The notes under the pieces: model-generated | What the model was told of the DNA's origin: nothing | Databases searched by the model: none | What the model saw: only the letters and a program-made list of their open reading frames with translations | Made by a program: the position numbers and the translations under genes | NCBI GenBank assembly: GCA_963626555.1 | Contig: CAVFXQ010000004.1 | Location: forward strand, 30,780-94,779 | Direction of reading: 5' to 3' | Origin: Clostridiales bacterium | Lineage (GTDB): Bacteria; Bacteroidota; Bacteroidia; Bacteroidales; Paludibacteraceae | DNA: 64,000 nucleotides | Shown: piece after piece, positions 28,439-37,896 of the stretch | Layout of the letters: each line of letters begins with the position of its first letter | Position numbering within the stretch: the stretch's first letter is position 1

Positions 28439-28672
28439 ATGGACTACAACAAAAATGACACATATAAGCACATTCATTTTGCAGTGATGGCAATAGAAAG
28501 CGGAGCTAAAAAATTAGGAGTTTCGGGCAAAGAAATGCACGATCGACTACAAAAGCAAGGCTTGATCCATAGACGCTTGATCAAACGTTACAACGAACTG
28601 CATACCCAAAGCCTTGATTGGGTAGCGGATGATATTAGTGAAACTCTTCTGAATTGGGAGGCAGAAAAATGA
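28439..28672 (+). CDS. DUF3791-like small protein
   Basis: 77 aa. Same size and gene position as the first gene of the intact cassette at 54424-54633. Stop overlaps the next ATG (ATGA at 28669-28672). Confidence 0.6.
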   Translation: MDYNKNDTYKHIHFAVMAIESGAKKLGVSGKEMHDRLQKQGLIHRRLIKRYNELHTQSLDWVADDISETLLNWEAEK

Positions 28673-28740
28673 TTACATTATATCACGGTTCATACATTTC
28701 TGTTCCAAGTCCACAAGTAAAATTCGGGAGAGAAAGATAA
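28669..28740 (+). pseudogene. Remnant (23 codons) of a DUF3990-like gene
   Basis: MITLYHGSYISVPSPQVKFGRER* aligns with MILYHGTNIDFEKIVLSLCKPNKDFGRG of the intact 158-aa paralog at 53948-54424. The rest of the gene is missing. Confidence 0.55.
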
Positions 28741-28742
28741 CT

Positions 28743-28979
28743 ATGCGAGACACAGTTCTTTGGCGAAAAATAAGCCGTATAATCTTGATGTTAGCAGATG
28801 CTCTGCATATCAACGCAGAGCAAGCCCTCGACCTTTTCTACTCCACGAAAGTCTACCAACAGCTAATTGACCCCAAATATGGTCTTCAACTGATGAGCGA
28901 CGGCTATATTTTGGAAGATTTACTAAATGAAATAGAAAGTAGACAAACTGACATCAATGAGCGAACACAACCCCAATAG
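28743..28979 (+). CDS. DUF3791-like small protein (second copy)
   Basis: 78 aa. Positional equivalent of 53725-53946. Shared helical pattern (..F..VY.SQ.Y..L......L). Confidence 0.55.
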   Translation: MRDTVLWRKISRIILMLADALHINAEQALDLFYSTKVYQQLIDPKYGLQLMSDGYILEDLLNEIESRQTDINERTQPQ

Positions 28980-29973
28980 CAAAAACACAACCATTCCATT
29001 TCCTCACCACGACGAGATAAAATTCAAATTCATTGACTTGTTCGCTGGAATTGGTGGCTTCCGTTTAGCATGTCAAAACTTAGGCGGAGAGTGCGTTTTC
29101 TCATCAGAATGGGACAAAGACGCTCAGAAAACGTATGCTTACAACTTTGGAGAAACCCCCTACGGCGACATTACTTTGGAAGAGACAAAACAGGCGATTC
29201 CAGAGAATTTTGACTTGCTTTGCGGTGGTTTCCCTTGCCAAGCATTCTCCATTGCAGGCTACAGACGAGGCTTCGAAGACACACGAGGAACACTATTCTT
29301 CGACGTGGCAGAAATTATACGAAGGAGAAGACCAAAGGCAGTTTACTTGGAAAATGTTAAAAATTTGAAAGCTCACGACAACGGAAATACGTTTAAGATT
29401 ATCAAAGGAACACTCGAAGAATTAGGCTACTTCGTTTATGACAACGTAATGAGTCCTGACAAATATGCTAATATTCCTCAAAATAGAGAACGTATCTTCA
29501 TTGTCGCATTTGACAAAAATCAAGTTTTCAACTATCTCGACTTTCAATATCCAGAGAAAGAACCTCTTACGAAAACCATCCACGACTGCATCGACAACAC
29601 CGTGTCCGACCCTAAATTCTTCTACACAGAGAAGATGAAACATTACGACGAGTTGGTCCGCGAGATTAAGTCTAAAGACTCTATCTATCAGTGGCGCAGG
29701 GTCTACGTTCGTGAAAACAAGAGTGGCGTCTGCCCTACCCTCACTGCCAATATGGGTACTGGAGGCCACAATGTTCCTCTTATTTTGACAGACAAGGGCA
29801 TCAGAAAATTAACCCCAAAAGAGTGCCTCAACTTTCAAGGCTACCCCGAAGGCTACACTTTCCCAAAAATGATATCTACCTCAGCCTGTTATAAACAAGC
29901 AGGTAATTCGGTTGCAGTTCCTCTAATTCAAAAAGTTTGCCAACAAATATGTATGATAATCTTGAAGAGATAA
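28957..29973 (+). CDS. DNA (cytosine-5)-methyltransferase with no adjacent endonuclease
   Basis: FAGIGGF, GFPCQAFS, ENV, QNRERIF and GNSVAVP motifs. The conserved core is clearly paralogous to the MTase at 21266-22384. Confidence 0.9.
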   Translation: MSEHNPNSKNTTIPFPHHDEIKFKFIDLFAGIGGFRLACQNLGGECVFSSEWDKDAQKTYAYNFGETPYGDITLEETKQAIPENFDLLCGGFPCQAFSIAGYRRGFEDTRGTLFFDVAEIIRRRRPKAVYLENVKNLKAHDNGNTFKIIKGTLEELGYFVYDNVMSPDKYANIPQNRERIFIVAFDKNQVFNYLDFQYPEKEPLTKTIHDCIDNTVSDPKFFYTEKMKHYDELVREIKSKDSIYQWRRVYVRENKSGVCPTLTANMGTGGHNVPLILTDKGIRKLTPKECLNFQGYPEGYTFPKMISTSACYKQAGNSVAVPLIQKVCQQICMIILKR

Positions 29974-30099
29974 ATTCTTCAAAATTCTCTTCTCCAGCTC
30001 CTCCTACGTAAATTTTGAAACATTTAGCGAGGAAGAAGAGTAAAACCAGCCAGCCATCAAATCCCCCTCTTTCAATTCGTTTATTTTCATAAAATTTAT

Positions 30100-30107
30100 T
30101 AATTTTG
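30100..30107 (+). promoter_or_regulatory. Bacteroidota -7 promoter box upstream of the lipid cluster
   Basis: TAATTTTG lies 110 nt upstream of the ATG at 30217. Confidence 0.35.
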
Positions 30108-30216
30108 CGTTTCCATTTATACCTTGGCGTTTTTAGTCTTTTGTTAGACCTTGCCAAACGTGTAAAAAGGGCTATTACATAAATGTAGAAACGAAAAAAG
30201 TTAAGAATAAAGAAAC

Positions 30217-31443
30217 ATGAACAATCGAGTTGTCATCACAGGTTTGGGCATATACTCATGTCTTGGTAAGTCGTTAGACGAAGTAAAAGAGTCTCTATAC
30301 TATGGAAAATCAGGCATCATCTTTGACCCTGCAAGAAAAGAAATGGGATTTCGTTCTGCGCTTACTTCCAAAATAGACATTCCAGATTTGAAGAAGGAAC
30401 TTTCAAGAAGTCAACGTGCTTTTATGCCAGAAGAGGCTAAATACGCTTACGTTGCCACTGTTGAGGCTTTGAAAAACGCTGGCATTGACATGGACTACTT
30501 GGAGAAGAACGAGGTTGGTTTGCTCTACGGTAACGATAGCACTGCCGACGCCGTTGTTAAAGCAGTCGACACCATGCGTGAGAAAAAAGACACTACTTTG
30601 GTGGGATCTGGCGCCATCTTCCAATCAATGAACTCTACCGTAACGATGAACCTCGGTTGTATTTTCAAACTTCGTGGTATCAACTTGACCGTCTCGGGTG
30701 CATGCGCAAGTAGCTCACACGCCATTGGACTAGGCTCTCTCCTTATCAAATGGGGATTACAAGACTGCATCGTCTGCGGTGGAGCTCAAGAGGTCAATCC
30801 TTACTCTATCGGTAGTTTCGACGGCATCAGCGCATTCTCAACTCGCGAAAGCGACCCTACAAAAGCCTCTCGTCCATTCGACCGCGACCGCGACGGATTG
30901 GTTCCTGGCGGGGGTGCCGCTACTGTCATCATTGAAAGCTACGAACACGCCGTTAAACGTGGCGCACCTATCTTAGCGGAAGTAATCGGTTACGGATTCT
31001 CTTCTAACGGAGACCACATGTCGAACCCTAATGTTGAAGGTCCAACTCGCTCTCTCGAAATGTGTTTGCGCGAGGCTGGTGTCGACGCTAAGTCAATCGG
31101 CTACGTCAACGCTCACGCAACTTCTACCCCTGTAGGCGACCGTCAAGAGGCTAAGGCTATCTACAACGTGTTTGGAGATTACAAGGTAGAGGTAGCCTCA
31201 ACAAAGGCAATGACAGGCCACGAGATGTGGATGGCGGGTGCCAGCGAGGTTGTCTATTCAATGCTGATGATGCAAAACGATTTCATCGCGCCTAACATCA
31301 ACTTTGAAAATCCAGACGAAGACTCTGCCAAGCTGAACATTCCAGCACAGAGAGTGGAAAAGAAGTTTGACTCTTTCTTGTCTAACTCTTTTGGCTTCGG
31401 AGGCACAAACTCTACACTCATCGTCAGAAAATTCGTGAAATAA
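30217..31443 (+). CDS. Beta-ketoacyl-ACP synthase (KAS I/II type, Cys-His-His)
   Basis: Active-site GACASSSHAIG, NAHATSTPVGD and KAMTGHEMWMAG. GFGGTN near the C-terminus. Confidence 0.85.
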   Translation: MNNRVVITGLGIYSCLGKSLDEVKESLYYGKSGIIFDPARKEMGFRSALTSKIDIPDLKKELSRSQRAFMPEEAKYAYVATVEALKNAGIDMDYLEKNEVGLLYGNDSTADAVVKAVDTMREKKDTTLVGSGAIFQSMNSTVTMNLGCIFKLRGINLTVSGACASSSHAIGLGSLLIKWGLQDCIVCGGAQEVNPYSIGSFDGISAFSTRESDPTKASRPFDRDRDGLVPGGGAATVIIESYEHAVKRGAPILAEVIGYGFSSNGDHMSNPNVEGPTRSLEMCLREAGVDAKSIGYVNAHATSTPVGDRQEAKAIYNVFGDYKVEVASTKAMTGHEMWMAGASEVVYSMLMMQNDFIAPNINFENPDEDSAKLNIPAQRVEKKFDSFLSNSFGFGGTNSTLIVRKFVK

Positions 31444-31492
31444 ATCACTGGTTTTCTTGAATTTATCATTAATAAACTCATAAAAAGAACGA

Positions 31493-31738
31493 ATGGACAA
31501 AGATCAATTCATCAAAGAATTTAACGACCTACTCGCAGAGGAGTTTGAAGTGGAAGTATCTAATATCAAACCAGAATCTTCTGTGAAAATCGCACTCGCT
31601 CTTGACAGTCTCAGTCTGATCGACCTTGTTGCCGTCATTGAAAACGTCTATAAGGTAAAGATTTCAGGTCCCGAGATGATGAACATCAAAAAAGTATCTG
31701 ACTTATACGACTATGTTTACGAACATATTGAAAAATAA
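31493..31738 (+). CDS. Acyl carrier protein
   Basis: 81 aa with the phosphopantetheine-attachment motif LDSLSLIDL. Confidence 0.8.
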   Translation: MDKDQFIKEFNDLLAEEFEVEVSNIKPESSVKIALALDSLSLIDLVAVIENVYKVKISGPEMMNIKKVSDLYDYVYEHIEK

Positions 31739-31787
31739 CTGTTCGTAAGCAAAGTTTCAATCAACTATCAATCAAGAAGTTACATTT

Positions 31788-32225
31788 ATGTGTAATATTA
31801 AACCCTTATACAAAGGAGAAGGGATTAAGGAACTGATTCCGCAAAGAGCGCCCATTATGATGGTGGACACGTTCTATAGAGCTGATGAAACAGACTGCGA
31901 GACGGGGTTGACAGTGCTATGCGACAATATTTTTTGCGAGAATGGTGAACTTATGGAGCCAGGTATGATTGAGCATGTCGCTCAGTCTGCCTCTGCCCAC
32001 GCAGGATATAAAGAGAAGTTGAAAGGAACGGAAGTACCCCCAGTAGGCTACATCGGAGAAATCAAAAAATTCAAATTGGTCCGTCGTCCTAAAGTAGGAG
32101 AAGAAATGCGCACCTTTATCCACACCGTTTCAGAGGTGATGAACGTTTCTCTCATCAAGACAGAAACCAAGGTGGGAGAAGAGAGTATCGCCACCTGCCA
32201 AATGAAAATTTTCATCAGAGAATAA
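31788..32225 (+). CDS. Hot-dog fold dehydratase (FabA/FabZ-like)
   Basis: 145 aa. IPQRAPIMMVD and MIEHVAQSASA segments are typical of cluster-associated FabZ-like dehydratases. Confidence 0.6.
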   Translation: MCNIKPLYKGEGIKELIPQRAPIMMVDTFYRADETDCETGLTVLCDNIFCENGELMEPGMIEHVAQSASAHAGYKEKLKGTEVPPVGYIGEIKKFKLVRRPKVGEEMRTFIHTVSEVMNVSLIKTETKVGEESIATCQMKIFIRE

Positions 32226-32226
32226 G

Positions 32227-32658
32227 ATGAAAGAGCAGACTGCTACAAAACTGACCTCTCAAACGGAAGTTAAAATTCGCTTTTCGGAAGTAGACTCTAT
32301 CCATGTCGTATGGCACGGCAACTATGTTCGCTTTATGGAAGACGGAAGAGAAGACTTCGGCGAGAAGTTTGGTTTAGAATATCTCTACATGTTCCGATGT
32401 GGCTATACCGCCCCTATCGTTGATGTCAAGATGCAGTTCAAGCAGAGCATAACCGTCGGAGAAAGCGTCATTGTTGAGACGACCTACCGCCCTTGTCGCT
32501 CGGCGAAACTCATATTCGACTACACCATCTATCGAAAATCCGATATGGCAGTAGCCCTCACGGGAGAAACCACGCAAGTGTTTATGGACACTAAAGGCGA
32601 ACTCCAACTACAAAACCCAAACTTTTTCCAACAATGGAAAGAAAAATGGGGTTTCTAA
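32227..32658 (+). CDS. 4HBT/YbgC-type acyl-(ACP/CoA) thioesterase
   Basis: 143 aa. The N-terminal IRFSEVDSIHVVWHGNYVRFMEDGRE pattern is typical of hot-dog thioesterases. Starts 1 nt after the previous stop. Confidence 0.7.
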   Translation: MKEQTATKLTSQTEVKIRFSEVDSIHVVWHGNYVRFMEDGREDFGEKFGLEYLYMFRCGYTAPIVDVKMQFKQSITVGESVIVETTYRPCRSAKLIFDYTIYRKSDMAVALTGETTQVFMDTKGELQLQNPNFFQQWKEKWGF

Positions 32659-32689
32659 ACATTCAAAATGTTCTGTAAATAACAAACTG

Positions 32690-33064
32690 ATGTTAAACGG
32701 AAACTTTTTTACAATACAGGAAACCATCCAGAAAGAGGATGCCACGCAATATCTCACGCATCTCAACCCTAATCATGAGATTTACAACGGACATTTTCCA
32801 GAAGATCCAATTTGCCCGGGGGTATGCAATGTTCAAACAATCCGTGAGTGTGCGGAGTTGGAAACAGGCAAGAAACTGAGAATTGACACGATACAGGTGT
32901 GCCGTTTCGCCGCACTTATCACGCCTACCAACAGTCCAGACCTACTCATCACCCTCAAATTAGAGGAGAAAGACGGAAATTATTCTGCTGTTGCACAAAT
33001 CACCTCGCCCGACGAGACAACACTCTACCTAGAATACAAAGGCACCTACAGTGTTGAATGCTAA
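32690..33064 (+). CDS. Hot-dog fold dehydratase (FabZ-like)
   Basis: HFPEDPICPGVCNVQTIRECAEL matches the FabZ HFP..P..PGV...E motif. Confidence 0.65.
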   Translation: MLNGNFFTIQETIQKEDATQYLTHLNPNHEIYNGHFPEDPICPGVCNVQTIRECAELETGKKLRIDTIQVCRFAALITPTNSPDLLITLKLEEKDGNYSAVAQITSPDETTLYLEYKGTYSVEC

Positions 33065-33151
33065 ACATTGTAAAAACACAAGCAACAATGAAAGTACACG
33101 AAAGCGAGCGATTCTCACAAACGTCGTTCGTTTTTGACAATTAATATCAAT

Positions 33152-36100
33152 ATGAATATCTTTACGGTTCCAATTTATAACTTCTTTCAGAAGCACAAGA
33201 TTCTCTTTTGGGCGGTGTTGATACTCAGCACGCTCTTTTTCGTTTTTTTCGGAACGAAGATTGAATATGAAGAGGATGTTACAAAACTTCTTCCTGCCAC
33301 TGAAGACGAGGACAACAGCACGGGTGTCGTGTTTGAAAACCTCAAAGTGAAAGACAAGATGTTCTTGGTTTTCAAACCCAAAAACGACTCGGTCAATGTT
33401 GAGCGCGTTTCCGCTGCAATTGACACGTTTATGGATAAATTACTGTCCAACGAAGTAGCTGTCAGCATGCTTGATGATCCTTTATATCGAGTAGACCCTT
33501 CTATGCTGAAAGGTGGAATCACAGAGTTGTACGACCATATTCCGACCTTTGTAGACAGTGCCGACTATGCTTTAATTGACTCAATGACCACAACGGAAGC
33601 TATCAACCGACAGATGCAAGAGAATCTTATGACACTCTACTCACCTGCAGGTTCTATGATGTTAGGTGTCATACAGAAAGACCCTTTGGCTCTCCGCAAC
33701 GTCTTTATGAGCAAAGCATCATCTATCAAAGATGGTATTGGCTCCACCTACTCTATCATCGACAAACATTTTTTCTCGCAAGACAGCCTGATAGCAGTGG
33801 CTTGGCTCTCACCTAACTTCATCACTTTCAACTCAAAACTCAGCAGCAAACTGATCAATGAAATTGACAAAGAAATAGCAAACTATAGCGAGATCTTCCC
33901 AGACATCGACGTTTACTACCATGGTGCCGCGCCACAAAGCATGTTCAACTCAAAACAAGTGAAACACGACTTGACGACAACGCTCACCATCTCGCTGCTT
34001 ATCATCTTCTCAATATTTTTAATCTGCTACCGAAGTCCGTCGATGATTCTTCAAATGGTGTTGCCAATCGCCTACGGATTTTTCTTCGCACTCACAGTCA
34101 TCTTTTTCATAAAAGGGAAAATTTCATTACTCGCTTTAGGTATCGGAGCAATTGTATTGGGAGTGGCACTGAGTTACTGTTTACATATCATAATCCATCA
34201 AAAATATGTGAACGACCCAGTCCAAATGCTTAAAGAACAGACGATACCCGTCATTTTAGGCAGTCTTACCACTATCGGAGCATTTATCAGCTTGCTCTTC
34301 ACCCGCGCCGAGTTGCTACAAGATTTCGGAATCTTTGCCTCTTTGGCATTAGTGGGAACAACTTTCTTCTGCCTTATTTTCTTGCCTCATCTTTTTGGAA
34401 AGAAAAAAAGCAATCCATCACCTAAAGCGATGGAACTCATACACAAATTCAACACCTATCCATTCGAGCGCAAGACATTACTCATTGGTGGAATCTTAGC
34501 TGTCAGCGTTGTCTGCTTCATCACATCCAACTATGTGAAATTCGACGCAGACCTCAAACACATCAGCCACTACGAGCCACGTGTGCTTGAGTCGCAGAAA
34601 ATTTTGTCAGATCATACCACAAAAGAATACCAGACGGTCTATTTCGCCTCTACGTCAGAGAACTTAGACACAGCACTCTACTACAACCGCCAAATGGCCA
34701 CCCTATTTGAGGCGTTGGAAGACTTAGGAAAGATAGGTCCATTTAGTTGTTCCAATGACAAAATTTTCTTGCTTCAATCCGAACAAGAAAAGCGCATTCA
34801 AGAATGGTATGCTTACTGGACACCTGAAAAAGTAAAACAAGTATGCAACGACATGGATGCTGCCGCCGTAGCTTGTGGGTTCTCCCCAGATTCACTCTAC
34901 GCTTTCCGCAACCTTATCGAGAAACACGACTATAAACCATTCTCTCTCTACGACAGCAACGCATTGCCCAACGCCGTAAAATGCAACTTGATTGAGTACA
35001 CAGATGGAAAATACCTCGTTTTCGCACCTGTTCAAATCAAAAACGAGATGCGTAAAGAGGTGTGCGACGAGGTAACATCACATCGACACATTGTTGTGAT
35101 TGACCCATTCTATTACACAAGCGACATGTTGAAACTCATCCATAACGATTTCAACATCACTTTGGGAATCTCCTCTGTGTTCGTATTTATCGTACTTTTG
35201 ATTGCCTATAAGAGCATCGTTTTAGCCCTCATTTCATTCTTACCAATGACTATCAGCTGGTACATCGTTTTGGGAGTGATGGCTCTCTTCGGCATTGAGT
35301 TCAACCTCATCAATATCATCATATCATCTCTAATTTATGGTGTCGGTGTCGACTATAGCATCTTCGTAATGGACGGACTTTTGTCCGACTATCGCACAAA
35401 GAAAAATCTTTTAGTGTTCCACAAAACAGCCATTGCGTTCTCCGCAATGACATTGATCATTACAGTAACCTCGTTGCTTTTCGCAAAACACCCTTCTATT
35501 CATTCAATCGGAATATCGACGCTCATCGGCATGAGCTCCGCAGTGTTGATATCCTATTCGCTTCAGCCATTCCTTTTCTACTGGCTCATCAAGAGACAAG
35601 CCGCCAAAGGACAATCGCCAGTAACCATCTTCAACATTCTCCACGGCAACATCTATTTCAACCGTCATGTTACCATGTCAAACAAACAACAAATCCGTAA
35701 CATTTTCGAATACAAAGGATATGAGGTGGAGGCAACCGTGAAGAAAGAGTTGAAAGCGACCCATAACTACAGAATCTTCAACACGCTCTTCCCTATTCCA
35801 GAACCTTCAGAATGGAAGATGCTCGATTTCTACTGCGGATACGGATGCATGTCATATTGGTTTCATATCAACACGAAGAACCTCGTCGTTACTGGCTACG
35901 ACAGCAATCAATATGCAGTCGACATTGCCAGCAATTGCTATTCAAAAGATCAAAGAGTGAAATTCACCACTAACGACGAAATTCTCAACGCCACCTACGA
36001 CATTGTAGCAATCAACGATGTCAACAGTGAACAAATAGAGAGACTCAATATTTGCATAGCATCATCAAAACACCTGATTATCAAGAAAGAAATTGCATCA

Positions 36101-36187
36101 AAAATAGAGAGTCTGTGTTCAAATCTTTCTAAATTCAAATTAGAAAACACAGACGACGTTTATCAATTATACACAAAAATCGGATAG
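33152..36187 (+). CDS. MMPL/RND-type membrane exporter with extra C-terminal methyltransferase-like domain
   Basis: Two blocks of ~6 TM helices separated by large soluble loops (MMPL topology). The last ~190 aa are soluble and carry a degenerate SAM-MTase motif I (LDFYCGYGC) and VTGYDSN. First ATG is at 33152. Confidence 0.65.
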   Translation: MNIFTVPIYNFFQKHKILFWAVLILSTLFFVFFGTKIEYEEDVTKLLPATEDEDNSTGVVFENLKVKDKMFLVFKPKNDSVNVERVSAAIDTFMDKLLSNEVAVSMLDDPLYRVDPSMLKGGITELYDHIPTFVDSADYALIDSMTTTEAINRQMQENLMTLYSPAGSMMLGVIQKDPLALRNVFMSKASSIKDGIGSTYSIIDKHFFSQDSLIAVAWLSPNFITFNSKLSSKLINEIDKEIANYSEIFPDIDVYYHGAAPQSMFNSKQVKHDLTTTLTISLLIIFSIFLICYRSPSMILQMVLPIAYGFFFALTVIFFIKGKISLLALGIGAIVLGVALSYCLHIIIHQKYVNDPVQMLKEQTIPVILGSLTTIGAFISLLFTRAELLQDFGIFASLALVGTTFFCLIFLPHLFGKKKSNPSPKAMELIHKFNTYPFERKTLLIGGILAVSVVCFITSNYVKFDADLKHISHYEPRVLESQKILSDHTTKEYQTVYFASTSENLDTALYYNRQMATLFEALEDLGKIGPFSCSNDKIFLLQSEQEKRIQEWYAYWTPEKVKQVCNDMDAAAVACGFSPDSLYAFRNLIEKHDYKPFSLYDSNALPNAVKCNLIEYTDGKYLVFAPVQIKNEMRKEVCDEVTSHRHIVVIDPFYYTSDMLKLIHNDFNITLGISSVFVFIVLLIAYKSIVLALISFLPMTISWYIVLGVMALFGIEFNLINIIISSLIYGVGVDYSIFVMDGLLSDYRTKKNLLVFHKTAIAFSAMTLIITVTSLLFAKHPSIHSIGISTLIGMSSAVLISYSLQPFLFYWLIKRQAAKGQSPVTIFNILHGNIYFNRHVTMSNKQQIRNIFEYKGYEVEATVKKELKATHNYRIFNTLFPIPEPSEWKMLDFYCGYGCMSYWFHINTKNLVVTGYDSNQYAVDIASNCYSKDQRVKFTTNDEILNATYDIVAINDVNSEQIERLNICIASSKHLIIKKEIASKIESLCSNLSKFKLENTDDVYQLYTKIG

Positions 36188-36194
36188 TGACAGA

Positions 36195-37679
36195 ATGAAA
36201 TACGATGTAGTGATAGTAGGTGCTGGCTTAGGCGGTTTGGAATGTGGTCTCACTCTTGCCAAAAACGGACTGAGCGTATGCGTGTTGGAGCAACAACCTG
36301 TGTTAGGCGGTTGTCTTCAAATCTTCAAACGTAAAAAATGCACCTTCGATACCGGATTTCATTATATCGGAGGATTAGGAGAAGGGCAGCACCTCAACCG
36401 CCTCTTTCACTATTTCGGACTAATGGATTTGCCGTGGCATAAATTAGACGAAGACTGTTTCGACGAAGTAATCTTTCACGGAAAAAGCTACGCCTTTGCC
36501 AATGGTTACGAACATTTTGTGGAAACACTTTCAAAAGACTTTCCTCATCAAAGAGAAAACTTGAAGAGATATGTGAATACACTCAGCGAGATTGGCAAAA
36601 ACATATTCAGAAGTTTCGAACCTCGTTCCGCGGAAGATTTCTATCAAGCAGAACCCTTCACCACTACTGCGTATGAATTCCTAAAGGAAACCATCACCGA
36701 CCCTGTCTTGCGCAATGTCCTTGCGGGTACATCTCTGAAAATGGAACTTCACAAAGAACTTCCACTCTACATCTTCGCACAAATCAACGATTCATTCATC
36801 CAAAGTGCTTGGAGAATAGAAGGCGGAGGTATGCAGATAGCGGAAAAATTGGCAGAGAACATAGCCAACTTGAATGGAGTCGTAAAGAAAAACGCCAAGG
36901 TAGACGAACTCATAGAAGAAGGAGAAACTATCACAAGAGCGAAACTGAGCAATGGAGAAGAAATAGAAGGCAAATGGTTCATCTCCAACATACACCCCGC
37001 CGCCACCTTGCAATTAGTCAAGAATAGCAAGAAAATAAAAAACATCTACAAACGCAGAATCAACAACATACCGAACACATTCGGAATGTTCACCGCCAAC
37101 ATACAACTGAAGAAAGACTCTATCCCCTACCTCAACAGAAACCAATATATCTACGAAACAGACGATCTTTGGAATTTCGGGGAGTACAAGGGTTCAGAAA
37201 AAGCAAATGTAGTGTTGGTGAGTTACCAATATCCCAAAGATGGGAGGAATACTACCGACAATATAGATCTGCTCACTCCAATGAATTGGCAGGAAGTAGA
37301 GCAATGGAAAGACACATCATTAATGCGCCGTGGGGCAGACTATGAGCAGTTCAAACAAAAAAAAGCAGAAGAATGTCTGCAATTAGCGGGGAAACAAATA
37401 CCTGGACTATGCGATAGTGTGGAAAATCTCTACACCAGCACGCCATTGACCTACCAATACTATACCAACACAATGCAAGGCAGTGCCTACGGAATGCTAA
37501 AAGACCGTAGCAAACTGGCCTATACGATGCTGACACCAAAGACACCGATTGCAAACCTCCTTTTGACAGGTCAAAACCTCAATCTTCACGGCATCTTAGG
37601 CGTTTCTATGACATCTTTCTTCACATGCGCCGAAATCATCGGCATGGAAAAAATCCGAAAAGACATAGGATTGGAATAG
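36195..37679 (+). CDS. FAD-dependent oxidoreductase of the phytoene-desaturase (CrtI-like) family
   Basis: N-terminal dinucleotide-binding motif YDVVIVGAGLGGLECG...LE. About 494 aa, typical of the family. Confidence 0.75.
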   Translation: MKYDVVIVGAGLGGLECGLTLAKNGLSVCVLEQQPVLGGCLQIFKRKKCTFDTGFHYIGGLGEGQHLNRLFHYFGLMDLPWHKLDEDCFDEVIFHGKSYAFANGYEHFVETLSKDFPHQRENLKRYVNTLSEIGKNIFRSFEPRSAEDFYQAEPFTTTAYEFLKETITDPVLRNVLAGTSLKMELHKELPLYIFAQINDSFIQSAWRIEGGGMQIAEKLAENIANLNGVVKKNAKVDELIEEGETITRAKLSNGEEIEGKWFISNIHPAATLQLVKNSKKIKNIYKRRINNIPNTFGMFTANIQLKKDSIPYLNRNQYIYETDDLWNFGEYKGSEKANVVLVSYQYPKDGRNTTDNIDLLTPMNWQEVEQWKDTSLMRRGADYEQFKQKKAEECLQLAGKQIPGLCDSVENLYTSTPLTYQYYTNTMQGSAYGMLKDRSKLAYTMLTPKTPIANLLLTGQNLNLHGILGVSMTSFFTCAEIIGMEKIRKDIGLE

Positions 37680-37815
37680 CAAAAGTTACCAACAATCCAA
37701 GAACACTAAAAAAGGGTAAACAAAACGAAAGCAAACCCAACTGATAACTGCACTAATACGACGTTTTCCATAACAATTTTCTTTTTTATTTGGAGTATTG
37801 GAAAAAACTTTTTTT

Positions 37816-37823
37816 TACTTTTG
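37816..37823 (+). promoter_or_regulatory. Bacteroidota -7 promoter box
   Basis: TACTTTTG lies 73 nt upstream of the nifJ ATG. Confidence 0.4.
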
Positions 37824-37896
37824 CAATACGAGTGGGGGCGTTCTACCCTCCCGACAAACTTCTAAAGAATTATATTGTTCATTATATAGATAAATT

